A stretch of DNA of 62,746 nucleotides, counting the filler, from Nemertoderma westbladi (Eukaryota > Animalia > Xenacoelomorpha): NCBI GenBank assembly GCA_032718475.1. It is 3 parts of 3 records of this genome, joined end to end, with 100 filler letters (N's around TTAATTAATTAA, not from the genome) between each part and the next. Parts side by side here need not be neighbours in the genome. Positions count along the whole stretch, not along the records: positions 19,230 to 45,418 come from JAUCBJ010002786.1; positions 45,519 to 62,746 come from JAUCBJ010002281.1; 1 more part is not named here. One strand, 5' to 3'. The notes under the pieces were generated by a model. The model did no database searches. It had not been told where the DNA came from and saw only the letters and a program-made list of their open reading frames with translations. A program made the position numbers and the translations under genes. This document shows, piece by piece, positions 37,266 through 49,400 of the stretch (positions are counted from its first letter, which is position 1; every line of letters starts with the position of its first letter).

Positions 37266-37472
37266 GTGTAAACGCTACGCCGACAGCCGACAACCACTGC
37301 CGACAGCAGCAAAAATGAAAATGTAACCTGAGTTCGTGACTCTCGTTTATTGTTTTGGTTAGAATAACCTTACACTGTAACCTGTTCCTTTCCCTCAATT
37401 AATAATCAACATTAATTAGTTTTAATAATGGTTGTCGGTGTTGGCTGTCGGTTGTCGGCGTAGCGTTTACAC
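37266..37472. mobile_element. MITE with ~27-bp TIRs
   Basis: GTGTAAACGCTACGCCGACAGCCGACA / TGTCGGTTGTCGGCGTAGCGTTTACAC. The interior resembles 61110-61180 in reverse orientation. Confidence 0.7.
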
Positions 37473-38515
37473 CCTACTAAATGTAAATATCTCGGTGACA
37501 TATTCATATTGAGGTTGGGTCATAGAAGTATATTTTTTATCGTATACGGTAATTTTATTTAAAAAGTAAATCTTAGTAACATTATTTACATATATTTAAT
37601 TACATTAAACGGGTTTCTCAATTTTTACATTTTTTTCAATTAAATTTTTATCTCAAAAATCTGACACATCTGCAATAACGTTTGAAACACGCCACGCCAT
37701 TGAACTTGTCTTTCGTAATTATATTTGTCCATATAATATGTTATATTTACGAATTATCATACAAACCAATGTGTATGACCTTTTTACAATCTTCAGAGAA
37801 GTGAAAAGGAAAGAAATCTGTTGAAAATCATTTTGAAAAATACTAGTGAGAAAGCAGATTTTTCAAACAAAAAAATTTCCAAATTCAATTTATTTGCCAC
37901 AAAATAAATTGTTTTCCCAACTAAAAAATCACCAGTTTTATTAATTACTTACATTGTTTTATCATTAAAGTATTAATAATTATTATTCTGTATAATAAAT
38001 CCTGTGAGCTATGCACTACCGGTAACTCATTTAATTACATCATATTCATAGTGCACAGTATCATGCTAGTCAATGTTGCATCCTATGCTTGTATTGATGT
38101 GGATTTTGCCACATTGCAGGATTTTGATACCTTGACCAGATAATAAATACTGCATGCTATACTCATGACAATAAGTGCCACTCGTTTACTTTATCACATT
38201 AATCGCAGGTAATTAAAATTTTCAAAACTAAGTATTAGTAATGCAAGAATAAAAGTCCATATTAAATTATCTAAGAATAATTTAACTACATCCTACCAAT
38301 TACAAAATTCACAAGTTGTAAATAAATATCTTATTATTCCACAAGATTACCTTGTTAACAGATTTAAAATAATTAAGCGACATTTCAGGAATACTTAAAT
38401 TTAATAAAATACATACAAAGGAAATAGCAGCTTATCATCTTCCATATTTCAACAGTGTAACCGGTACTGATGGTTATATGCGTGTTTTTATCGCGTCTCT
38501 CAGAAAATTAAAAAG

Positions 38516-38567
38516 AGTACTCTGCGTTGATACCACTGCTTAAGCAGTGGTATCAACGCAGAGTACT
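38516..38567. other. Library adapter artefact: back-to-back SMART / PacBio ultra-low-input primer
   Basis: Perfect 52-bp palindrome of AAGCAGTGGTATCAACGCAGAGTACT. Confidence 0.98.
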
Positions 38568-41500
38568 AGTATTACAACATGGTCCTTGTACAAGTTCACC
38601 TTCCCCTGCTCTCTCTAGTATTACAACATGGTCCTTGTACCAGTTCACCTTTGCTCTCTCTAGAATTACAACATGGTCCTTGTACCAGTTCACCTTTGCT
38701 CTCTCTAGAATTACAACATGGTCCTTGTACCAGTTCACCTTTGCTCTCTAGTATCACAACATGGTCCGTGTACAAGTTCACCTTCCCCTGCTCTCTCTAG
38801 TATTACAACATGGTCCTTGTACCAGTTCACCTTCCCCTGCTCTCTCTAGTATTACAACATGGTCCTTGTACCAGTTCACCTTTGCTCTCTCTAGAATTAC
38901 AACATGGTCCTTGTACCAGTTCACCTTTGCTCTCTCTAGAATTACAACATGGTCCTTGTACCAGTTCACCTTTGCTATCTCTAGTATTACAACATGGTCA
39001 TTGTACCAGTTCACCTTCCCCTGTTCTCTCTAGTATTACAACATGGTCATTGTACCAGTTCACCTTCCCCTGTTCTCTCTAGTATTACAACATGGTCCTT
39101 GTACCAGTTCACCTTTGCTCTCTCTAGTATTACAACATGGTCCTTGTACAAGTTCACCTTCCCCTGCTCTCTCTAGTATTACAACATGGTCCTTGTACCA
39201 GTTCACCTTTGCTCTCTCTAGAATTACAACATGGTCCTTGTACCAGTTCACCTTTGCTCTCTCTAGAATTACAACATGGTCCTTGTACCAGTTCACCTTT
39301 GCTCTCTCTAGAATTACAACATGGTCATTGTACCAGTTCACCTTTGCTCTCTCTAGAATTACAACATGGTCCTTGTACCAGTTCACCTTTGCTCTCTCTA
39401 GAATTACAACATGGTCCTTGTACCAGTTCACCTTTGCTCTCTCTAGAATTACAACATGGTCCTTGTTCCAGTTCACCTTTGCTCTCTCTAGTATTACAAC
39501 ATGGTCATTGTACCAGTTCACCTTCCCCTGTTCTCTCTAGTATTACAACATGGTCCTTGTACAAGTTCACCTTCCCCTGCTCTCTCTAGTATTACAACAT
39601 GGTCCTTGTACCAGTTCACCTTTGCTCTCTCTAGAATTACAACATGGTCCTTGTACCAGTTCACCTTTGCTCTCTCTAGTATTACAACATGGTCGTTGTA
39701 CCAGTTCACGTTCCCCTACACTCTCTAGAATTACAACATGGTCCTTGTACCAGTTCACCTTTGCTCTCTCTAGTATTACAACATGGTCCTTGTACAAGTT
39801 CACCTTCCCCTGCTCTCTCTAGTATTACAACATGGTCCTTGTACCAGTTCACCTTCCCCTGCTCTCTCTAGAATTACAACATGGTCCTTGTACCAGTTCA
39901 CCTTTGCTCTCTAGTATCACAACATGGTCCTTGTACCAGTTCACCTTCCCCTTCTCTCTCTAGTATCACAACATGGTCCTTGTACCAGTTCACCTTTCCC
40001 TGCTCTCTCTAGTATTACAACATGGTCCTTGTACCAGTTCACCTTTGCTCTCTCTAGTATTACAACATGGTCCGTGTACCAGTTCACCTTCCCCTTCTCT
40101 CTCTAGAATTACAACATGGTCCTTGTACCAGTTCACCTTTCCCTGCTCTCTCTAGTATTACAACATGGTCCTTGTACCAGTTCACCTTTGCTATCTCTAG
40201 TATTACAACATGGTCCTTGTACCAGTTCACCTTTGCTATCTCTAGTATTACAACATGGTCCTTGTACAAGTTCACCTTCCCCTGCTCTCTCTAGTATTAC
40301 AACATGGTCCTTGTACCAGTTCACCTTCCCCTGCTCTCTCTAGAATTACAACATGGTCCTTGTACCAGTTCACCTTCCCCTGCTCTCTCTAGTATTACAA
40401 CACGGCCCGTGTACCAGTTCACCTTTGCTCTCTAGTATCACAACATGGTCCTTGTACCAGTTCACCTTCCCCTTCTCTCTCTAGTGTTACAACATGGTCC
40501 TTGTACCAGTTCACCTTTGCTCTCTAGTATTACAACATGGTCCTTGTACCAGTTCACCTTCCCCTGCTCTCTCTAGTGTTACAAAATGGTCCTTGTACCA
40601 GTTCACCTCCCCCTGATCACTCTAGTATTACAACATGGTCCTTGTACCAGTTCACCTTCGCTCTCTAGTATTGCAACATGGTCATTGTACCAGTTCACCT
40701 TTGCTCTCTCTAGTATTACAACATGGTCCTTGTACCAGTTCACCTTCCCCTGCCCTCTCTAGTGTTACAACATGGTCCTTGTACCAGTTCACCATTGCTC
40801 TCTCTAGTATTACAACATGGTCCTTGTACCAGTTCACCTTCCCCTGCTCTATCTAGTGTTACAACATGGTCCTTGTACCAGTTCACCTTTGCTCTCTCTA
40901 GTATTACAACATGGTCCTTGTACCAGTTCACCGTCCCCTGCTCTATCTAGTGTTACAACATGGTCCTTGTACCAGTTCACCTTTGCTCTCTCTAGTATTA
41001 CAACATGGTCTTTGTACCAGTTCACCTTCCCCTGCTCTCTCTAGTATTACAACATGGTCCTTGTACCAAGTCACCTTCCCCAGCTCTCTCTAGTGTTACA
41101 ACATGGTCCTTGTACCAGTTCACCTTTGCTCTCTCTAGTATTACATCATGGTCCGTGTACCAATTCACCTTTGCTCTCTCTAGTATTACAACATGGTCCG
41201 TGTACCAGTTCACCTTCCCCTTCTCTCTCTAGTATTACAACATGGACCTTGTACCAGTTCACCTTTGCTCTCTCTAGTATTACATCATGGTCCTTGTACC
41301 AGTTCACCTTTGCTATCTCTAGTATTACAACATGGTCCTTGTACAAGTTCACCTTCCCCTGCTCTCTCTAGTATTACAACATGGTCCTTGTACCAGTTCA
41401 CCTTCCCCTGCTCTCTCTAGTATTACAACATGGTCCTTGTACCAGTTCACCTTTGCTCTCTAGTATCACAACATGGTCCTTGTACCAGTTCACCTTCCCC

Positions 41501-44500
41501 TTCTCTCTCTAGAATTACAACATGGTCCTTGTACCAGTTCACCTTCCCCTGCTCTCTCTAGAATTACAACATGGTCCTTGTACCAGTTCACCTTCCCCTG
41601 CTCTCTCTAGTATTACAACACGGCCCGTGTACCAGTTCACCTTTGCTCTCTAGTATCACAACATGGTCCTTGTACCAGTTCACCTTCCCCTTCTCTCTCT
41701 AGTGTTACAACATGGTCCTTGTACCAGTTCACCTTTGCTCTCTAGTATTACAACATGGTCCTTGTACCAGTTCACCTTCCCCTGCTCTCTCTAGTGTTAC
41801 AACATGGTCCTTGTACCAGTTCACCTTTGCTCTCTAGTATTACAACATGGTCCTTGTACCAGTTCACCTTCCCCTGCTCTCTCTAGTGTTACAACATGGT
41901 CCTTGTACCAGTTCACCTTTGCTCTCTAGTATTACAACATGGTCCTTGTACCAGTTCACCTTCCCCTGCTCTCTCTAGTGTTACAACATGGTCCTTGTAC
42001 CAGTTCACCTTTGCTCTCTCTAGTATTACAACATGGTCCTTGTACCAGTTCACCGTCCCCTGCTCTCTCTAGTGTTACAACATGGTCCTTGTACCAGTTC
42101 ACCTTTGCTCTCTCTAGTATTACAACATGGTCTTTGTACCAGTTCACCTTCCCCTGCTCTCTCTAGTATTACAACATGGTCCTTGTACCAAGTCACCTTC
42201 CCCAGCTCTCTCTAGTGTTACAACATGGTCCTTGTACCAGTTCACCTTTGCTCTCTCTAGTATTACAACATGGTCCGTGTACCAATTCACCTTTGCTCTC
42301 TCTAGTATTACAACATGGTCCGTGTACCAGTTCACCTTCCCCTGCTCTCTCTAGTATTACAACATGGTCCTTGTACCAGTTCACCTTTGCTCTCTCTAGT
42401 ATTACAACATGGTCCTTGTACCAGTTCACCTTTGCTTCTCTAGTATTACAACATGGTCCTTGTACAAGTTCACCTTCCCCTGCTCTCTCTAGTATTACAA
42501 CATGGTCCTTGTACCAGTTCACCTTCCCCTGCTCTCTCTAGTATTACAACATGGTCCTTGTACCAGTTCACCTTTGCTCTCTCTAGTATTACAACATGGT
42601 CCTTGTACCAGTTCACCTTCCCTGCTCTCTCTAGTATTACAACATGGTCCTTGTACCAGTTCACCTTCCCTGCTCTCTCTAGTATTACAACATGGTCCTT
42701 GTACCAGTTCACCTTTGCTCTCTCTAGTATTACAACATGGTCCTTGTACAAGTTCACCTTCCCTGCTCTCTCTAGTATTACAACATGGTCCTTGTACCAG
42801 TTCACCTTCCCCTGCTCTCTCTAGTATTACAACATGGTCCTTGTACCAGTTCACCTTCCCTGCTCTCTCTAGTATTACAACATGGTCCTTGTACCAGTTC
42901 ACCTTTGCTCTCTCTAGTATTACAACATGGTCCTTGTACCAGTTCACCTTCCCCTTCTCTCTCTAGTGTTACAACATGGTCCTTGTACCAGTTCACCTTT
43001 GCTCTCTAGTATTACAACATGGTCCTTGTACCAGTTCACCTTCCCCTGCTCTCTCTAGTGTTACAAAATGGTCCTTGTACCAGTTCACCTCCCCCTGATC
43101 ACTCTAGTATTACAACATGGTCCTTGTACCAGTTCACCTTCGCTCTCTAGTATTGCAACATGGTCCTTGTACCAGTTCACCTTTGCTCTCTCTAGTATTA
43201 CAACATGGTCCTTGTACCAGTTCACCTTCCCCTGCTCTCTCTAGTATTACAACATGGTCCTTGTACCAGTTCACCTTCTGCTCTCTCTAGTATTACAACA
43301 TGGTCCTTGTACCAGTTCACCTTTGCTCTCTCTAGTATTACAACATGGTCCTTGTACCAGTTCACCTTCGCTCTCTAGTATTACAACATGGTCCTTGTAC
43401 CAGTTCACCTTTGCTCTCTCTAGTATTACAACATGGTCCTTGTACCAGTTCACCTTCCCCTGCTCTCTCTAGTATTACAACATGGTCCTTGTACCAGTTC
43501 ACCTTCCCCTGCTCTCTCTAGTATTACAACATGGTCCTTGTACCAGTTCACCTTTGCTCTCTCTAGTATTACAACATGGTCCTTGTACCAGTTCACCTTC
43601 CCCTGTCTCTCTCTAGTATTACAACATGGTCCTTGTACCAAGTTCACCTTCCCCAGCTCTCTCTAGTGTTACAACATGGTCCTTGTACCAGTTCACCTTC
43701 CCCTGCTCTCTCTAGTATTACAACACGGCCCGTGTACCAGTTCACCTTTGCTCTCTAGTATCACAACATGGTCCTTGTACCAGTTCACCTTCCCCTTCTC
43801 TCTCTAGTGTTACAACATGGTCCTTGTACCAGTTCACCTTTGCTCTCTAGTATTACAACATGGTCCTTGTACCAGTTCACCTTCCCCTGCTCTCTCTAGT
43901 GTTACAAAATGGTCCTTGTACCAGTTCACCTCCCCCTGATCACTCTAGTATTACAACATGGTCCTTGTACCAGTTCACCTTCGCTCTCTAGTATTGCAAC
44001 ATGGTCATTGTACCAGTTCACCTTTGCTCTCTCTAGTATTACAACATGGTCCTTGTACCAGTTCACCTTCCCCTGCTCTCTCTAGTGTTACAACATGGTC
44101 CTTGTACCAGTTCACCTTTGCTCTCTCTAGTATTACAACATGGTCCTTGTACCAGTTCACCTTCCCCTGCTCTCTCTAGTGTTACAACATGGTCCTTGTA
44201 CCAGTTCACCTTTGCTCTCTCTAGTATTACAACATGGTCCTTGTACCAGTTCACCTTTGCTCTCTCTAGTATTACAACATGGTCCTTGTACCAGTTCACC
44301 TTCCCCTGCTCTCTCTAGTATTACAACATGGTCCTTGTACCAGTTCACCTTTGCTCTCTCTAGTATTACAACATGGTCCTTGTACCAGTTCACCTTTGCT
44401 CTCTCTAGTATTACAACATGGTCCTTGTACCAGTTCACCTCTGCTCTCTCTAGTATTACAACATGGTCCTTGTACCAGTTCACCTTGGCTCTCTCTAGTA

Positions 44501-45418
44501 TTACAACATGGTCCTTGTACCAGTTCACCTTGGCTCTCTCTAGTATTACAACATGGTCCTTGTACCAGTTCACCTTGGCTCTCTCTAGTATTACAACATG
44601 GTCCTTGTACCAGTTCACCTTGGCTCTCTCTAGTATTACAACATGGTCCTTGTACCAGTTCACCTTCGCTCTCTCTAGTATTACAACATGGTCCTTGTAC
44701 CAGTTCACCTTGGCTCTCTCTAGTATTACAACATGGTCCTTGTACCAGTTCACCTTGGCTCTCTCTAGTATTACAACATGGTCCTTGTACCAGTTCACCT
44801 TCGGCTCTCTCTAGTATTACAACATGGTCCTTGTACCAGTTCACCTTTGCTCTCTCTAGTATTACAACATGGTCCTTGTACCAGTTCACCTTTGCTCTCT
44901 CTAGTATTACAACATGGTCCTTGTACCAGTTCACCTTCCCCTGCTCTCTCTAGTATTACAACATGGTCCTTGTACCAGTTCACCTTCCCCTGCTCTCTCT
45001 AGTATTACAACATGGTCCTTGTACCAGTTCACCTTCCCCTGCTCTCTCTAGTATTACAACACGGCCCGTGTACCAGTTCACCTTTGCTCTCTAGTATCAC
45101 AACATGGTCCTTGTACCAGTTCACCTTCCCCTTCTCTCTCTAGTGTTACAACATGGTCCTTGTACCAGTTCACCTTTGCTCTCTAGTATTACAACATGGT
45201 CCTTGTACCAGTTCACCTTCCCCTGCTCTCTCTAGTGTTACAAAATGGTCCTTGTACCAGTTCACCTCCCCCTGATCACTCTAGTATTACATCATGGTCC
45301 TTGTACCAGTTCACCTTCGCTCTCTAGTATTGCAACATGGTCATTGTACCAGTTCACCTTTGCTCTCTCTAGTATTACAACATGGTCCTTGTACCAGTTC
45401 ACCTTCCCCTGCTCTCTC
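38567..45418 (+). repeat. Satellite/minisatellite array, 43-49-bp units (roughly 145 copies), running to contig end
   Basis: Unit TAGTATTACAACATGGTCCTTGTACCAGTTCACCT(TTG|TCCCCTG)CTCTCTC. Confidence 0.97.
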
Positions 45419-45518
45419 NNNNNNNNNNNNNNNNNNNNNNNNNNNNNNNNNNNNNNNNNNNNTTAATTAATTAANNNNNNNNNNNNNNNNNNNNNNNNNN
45501 NNNNNNNNNNNNNNNNNN
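45419..45518. other. Artificial contig-joining linker
   Basis: 100 nt of N with a central TTAATTAATTAA. Confidence 0.98.
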
Positions 45519-46422
45519 ATAACGATGTTTAAGTGAGACACTCATGCAGTGGGGAAAGTTAAAGGCTGTGAGCTTCGAAAAATTAATAACTTAACTGTAT
45601 TAGAAAGTTTCAGCATTTGGACCGTAGAAAACTGAATGATATATAAGGTTTGCAGACTTAAATGAAGACGCCACAGTGTGTATTAGGGATGTGAGTCAGG
45701 AAATGTAAGGAAATTTCCTGAGAAAATTTCCGGAAATTTCCTATTTTATTAATTTACTATATAAAGTTTACTTTTAATAGTAAAATATATACAGAAATAT
45801 CCTCATATTAATTGCATAAGATTTGAACTAAAATTGTGATTGTGACTGTGTTTTGTCAATTTCATTATTAACTAGATGTTTTATATTTAGCGAAATTTCT
45901 GAAATTCATACATTTTCAAATTTAACTCTTTCACAATTGAATACCTCCTGCTATTTTTCCAGTTTACACACAGTCTGTAGTAAACACATAGGAAAACACA
46001 TGTAGAGCAAAGACTAGAAACCAGTGATTCCATCTCAGTATGCATAATAGTACAGTATGAAATTGGTAGTAAAGGATATTTTAGGACAAACCGATGTTTG
46101 CTTTTGGTTACAACACACACAAACAGTAGTAGAACATCCGTTAAAAAGGATTCCACCAAAAAGAATCGTACATTTACAAGTAATTAATTGCTTTAATAAC
46201 ATTTAGGGTTAGTTTTTATCTTCATAGAACACATCAAAATAATTATTTCCCCAGGACATGTATGTATTTCCTGGAAATTTCCATATGTTTTCAAGCCTTT
46301 GAAGTCAACTGAATTTCCCTATCACTTTAGACTTAGATGAAACCATAGTTTTGTAGAGCTGTATAAAATTCAATAATTGTGAATGAAATCATATTTGGCT
46401 GACATGGTAAATAAAGTAATAT

Positions 46423-49400
46423 CTAATTAACTTTAGCATAAAATGGGCTACCAGGAATATGGTAATCACCCCACTTTATGGCCAACACATATCTTCCCTT
46501 TTCTGCAACGAAATACGAGACTCTATAAATACCGCCTTTAATATGTTTCACAACGATTTCCTCACATGGCCTGGAAGGACCTTTAACGCCTATCTGAAGC
46601 ATGTCACATTTAACTTTAGTGGCATTCACTAAAAATGAATTCTCGCCCACTACACCATCATGTAGACTCTCTCCTTCGCAGAACACATTGAGAGCATCAG
46701 CACTGCTGGGAGTCGCATCTACTGCATGTGATGACGAGTGCTTAGCCGTTGTCATAGTAACTGTTGCCGATGCCTTTTCTCTACTATCTTGTTGTTTCAT
46801 CAAATCTTCCCCTGTAATGTTAACAACATAAGGACTGCCAGGTATATGATCTTTGTTCCCATATTTTATATTGACAGTATATTGCCCTGGCTTTAGAGGC
46901 GTATATGATATTTTATATCCTTCATCAACTTCATCACATTCTATGGACACCTTTGATGGTCCATTGATATTAACTGACGCAGTACCAGCAGCAACATCAC
47001 CAGTATCAACTACAAAGTCACTGGTAATGCCAGTAATCCCACTTTCAAGGCCTTTACCATAGGCACGAACTTGTGAGGCATCACCCACATCTGCACCTTT
47101 CTCACGAACAACAACACGAAATGGAGAACCAACGATTGGTTGACCATCATCCAGAACATGGATGAAATGGTCACCGGTTTCTTTGGGACTAAAATTAACA
47201 ACCGGAACACCATCTTTATTGCGTTTAACTTTAGCCGGGTAAGTTTCGTGAGATGGGGCCACAACAGTTGCTTCTAAACTTGCAGGACTTACATGATCCG
47301 GAAGAGGTATGGTGACGTCAATAGGCTTGCCATCTAAAGTTGTAATGTTGGTATGATAATTGTTGTCTGCTTTATCATCTTCTAATTGTGGTTCAGCAAC
47401 ATAAACAGTGAATGGTGAGTCTGCTATATGTTTGTCATTAAACTTCACAATGATATCATACAATCCAGGTTTGGTTGGAAAATATTCAACATCGACTGAA
47501 CCATCTTTCCTATTAATTGGTACAATGTCTGCTTTAGAAGGGCCTTCTATAGTAACACCAATATCACCACTACCTGCTTCTCGTGCGAAGATAGTGAATT
47601 CTCCGGGCTTCCCTGCTTCACCCCGCACTAAACCCGGCCCAGAAGCATGGACTTTATCGCCAGCAGCACCTCTTATTGGACCTACAGTAAAAGGGAATGG
47701 ACTGCCTGGAATGTGTTGATTAGCATGTTTAATTTCAATGGCGTGCAATCCATTTTCCTTTGGCACGAATCGCACCATATATTTTTTGTCATCAATTTGG
47801 ACCAGATCAGCATTGCATAGATCCCCATGAGGATTTACTACAATGCAACTTAATTCTGAAGCAGCTGTTCGTGGAGGCATATTTAAACCAAAATCACAAT
47901 CATCACCAACTTTCATTTCCAGTGGTGATATTTTTGTAGGAACCATTTCCTCACTACATCGGGCTTGCATCTCAGGTTGTATAACATAAACTTTAAAAGG
48001 GCTGCCTGGTACATGCTGACCTACATACTCAACATTGATTTTGTATTCACCAGGAACTGTTGGACGATAGAATGCATGGAATATTCCATCATCTGTACTT
48101 TCACACTTCAATGTAGTTTTGCTGGGACCTTCAATTGATAGTCCTAGATTTCCTGAACCAGCATTCTTTGCATCTATGAAAAAACTATTTGTATTATTTA
48201 AAAGACCATAATGTATCCCTTTCCCATAAACATAAACCTTAGAGGGGTCAGCAGTCTTTGCTTTGCTGACAAAAACTGGAAATGGCGAATTCTTAATATG
48301 ATGATTGTCTTTCAATACGTTAATATGATGCAATCCAACTTCCTTAGGGAGAAATGTTATAGAGAGGTTTTGGTCATCATTTATAAATAATATACAAGGT
48401 GTTTCCTTGCCATTTGGTGCTGTAATCGTGGCATACAGTGCATCAATGTCAGATTCAGTTGTACTCAGTACCACATCATTGGGTGTGTTTACTGTTAGTG
48501 TATCCTTATTGGAAATTTTTGCTGTAAATGGACTGCCAATAATCTCATCTTCATCCATTTTCATAATGATTTTATATTCACCAGCCATGGAAGGAACATA
48601 TGAAACGTCACATGTCCCATCATGATTGTCATTTACATTGATCTCAGTCTCTGATGTTCCTTCTATTGCAACTGAAAGAGCAGCTTTTCCAGCCCACTTT
48701 GTCTCGAGACTAAATAGAGCTGGTGTGCCAACAATTCCATATGTTAAGCCTGGCCCATAAGCTCTTACACACCTGGACTTCTTCGAATCAACCCAAACAT
48801 AAAGAGGCTTCTCGGGTATGTTGGTTCCATTCTTCTTCAAGTACAACTCATGCAGTCCAAGTTCAACAGGATTAAACTTTAGTTGGACTGTACCATCCCG
48901 GTTATTGATAACAGTTGCATCCATGGTGTTTCCAGATGGCATTTTCACATCTCCAGTCATATGTTCATCGTCACTCAAATTAAATGGAAGCTTTAGATCA
49001 ACTGGGTATGCTCTAGTTCTTTTTAATTCATTCTGATCTTCTACTAACATTGGCACTGGGCTTTCCATTAATGGCTGACCTCCAAACTTTAAATCTGCTA
49101 TATACTCCCCCTTTTGTGTTGGTTTAAACCTTACAATGGCATTGCCTAGATTGTCTGTTTCAACTCGAGATATACATTGCTCCTCATTTGGCCCTGTTAC
49201 TTTTGCAGTTAACATTCCTTTACCAGCCTTCGAAGTATCAATTGTTAGTGATGGGTCAATATCTTCATCCTCAGGTTGATAATACTCTCCTACTTTGCAC
49301 AGAGTTGCATTGCCAGTAGGAACAGCTTTAACTTCAACACATCCACATTCAACATTATCTCCTCCATATTTTGTGTCGATCTTGTGCACTCCAATATCTG

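Noticed and set aside
38516-38567. Perfect palindrome as a biological hairpin, terminator or telomere-resolution site
   Set aside because: Exact match to a commercial library adapter.
38567-45418. CRISPR-like array of constant repeat plus variable linker
   Set aside because: Linkers are only about 8-14 bp and recur in a few forms rather than being unique spacers. No cas genes, and the context is eukaryotic.
38527-45466. Many overlapping ORFs (LSSITTWSLYQFTF etc.)
   Set aside because: Translations of satellite monomers on both strands with constant frameshifts.
45686-46325. GGAAATTTCC palindromic repeats downstream of filamin as a MITE or NF-kB cluster
   Set aside because: Probably a decayed transposon remnant, but no matching TIR pair or TSD could be defined.
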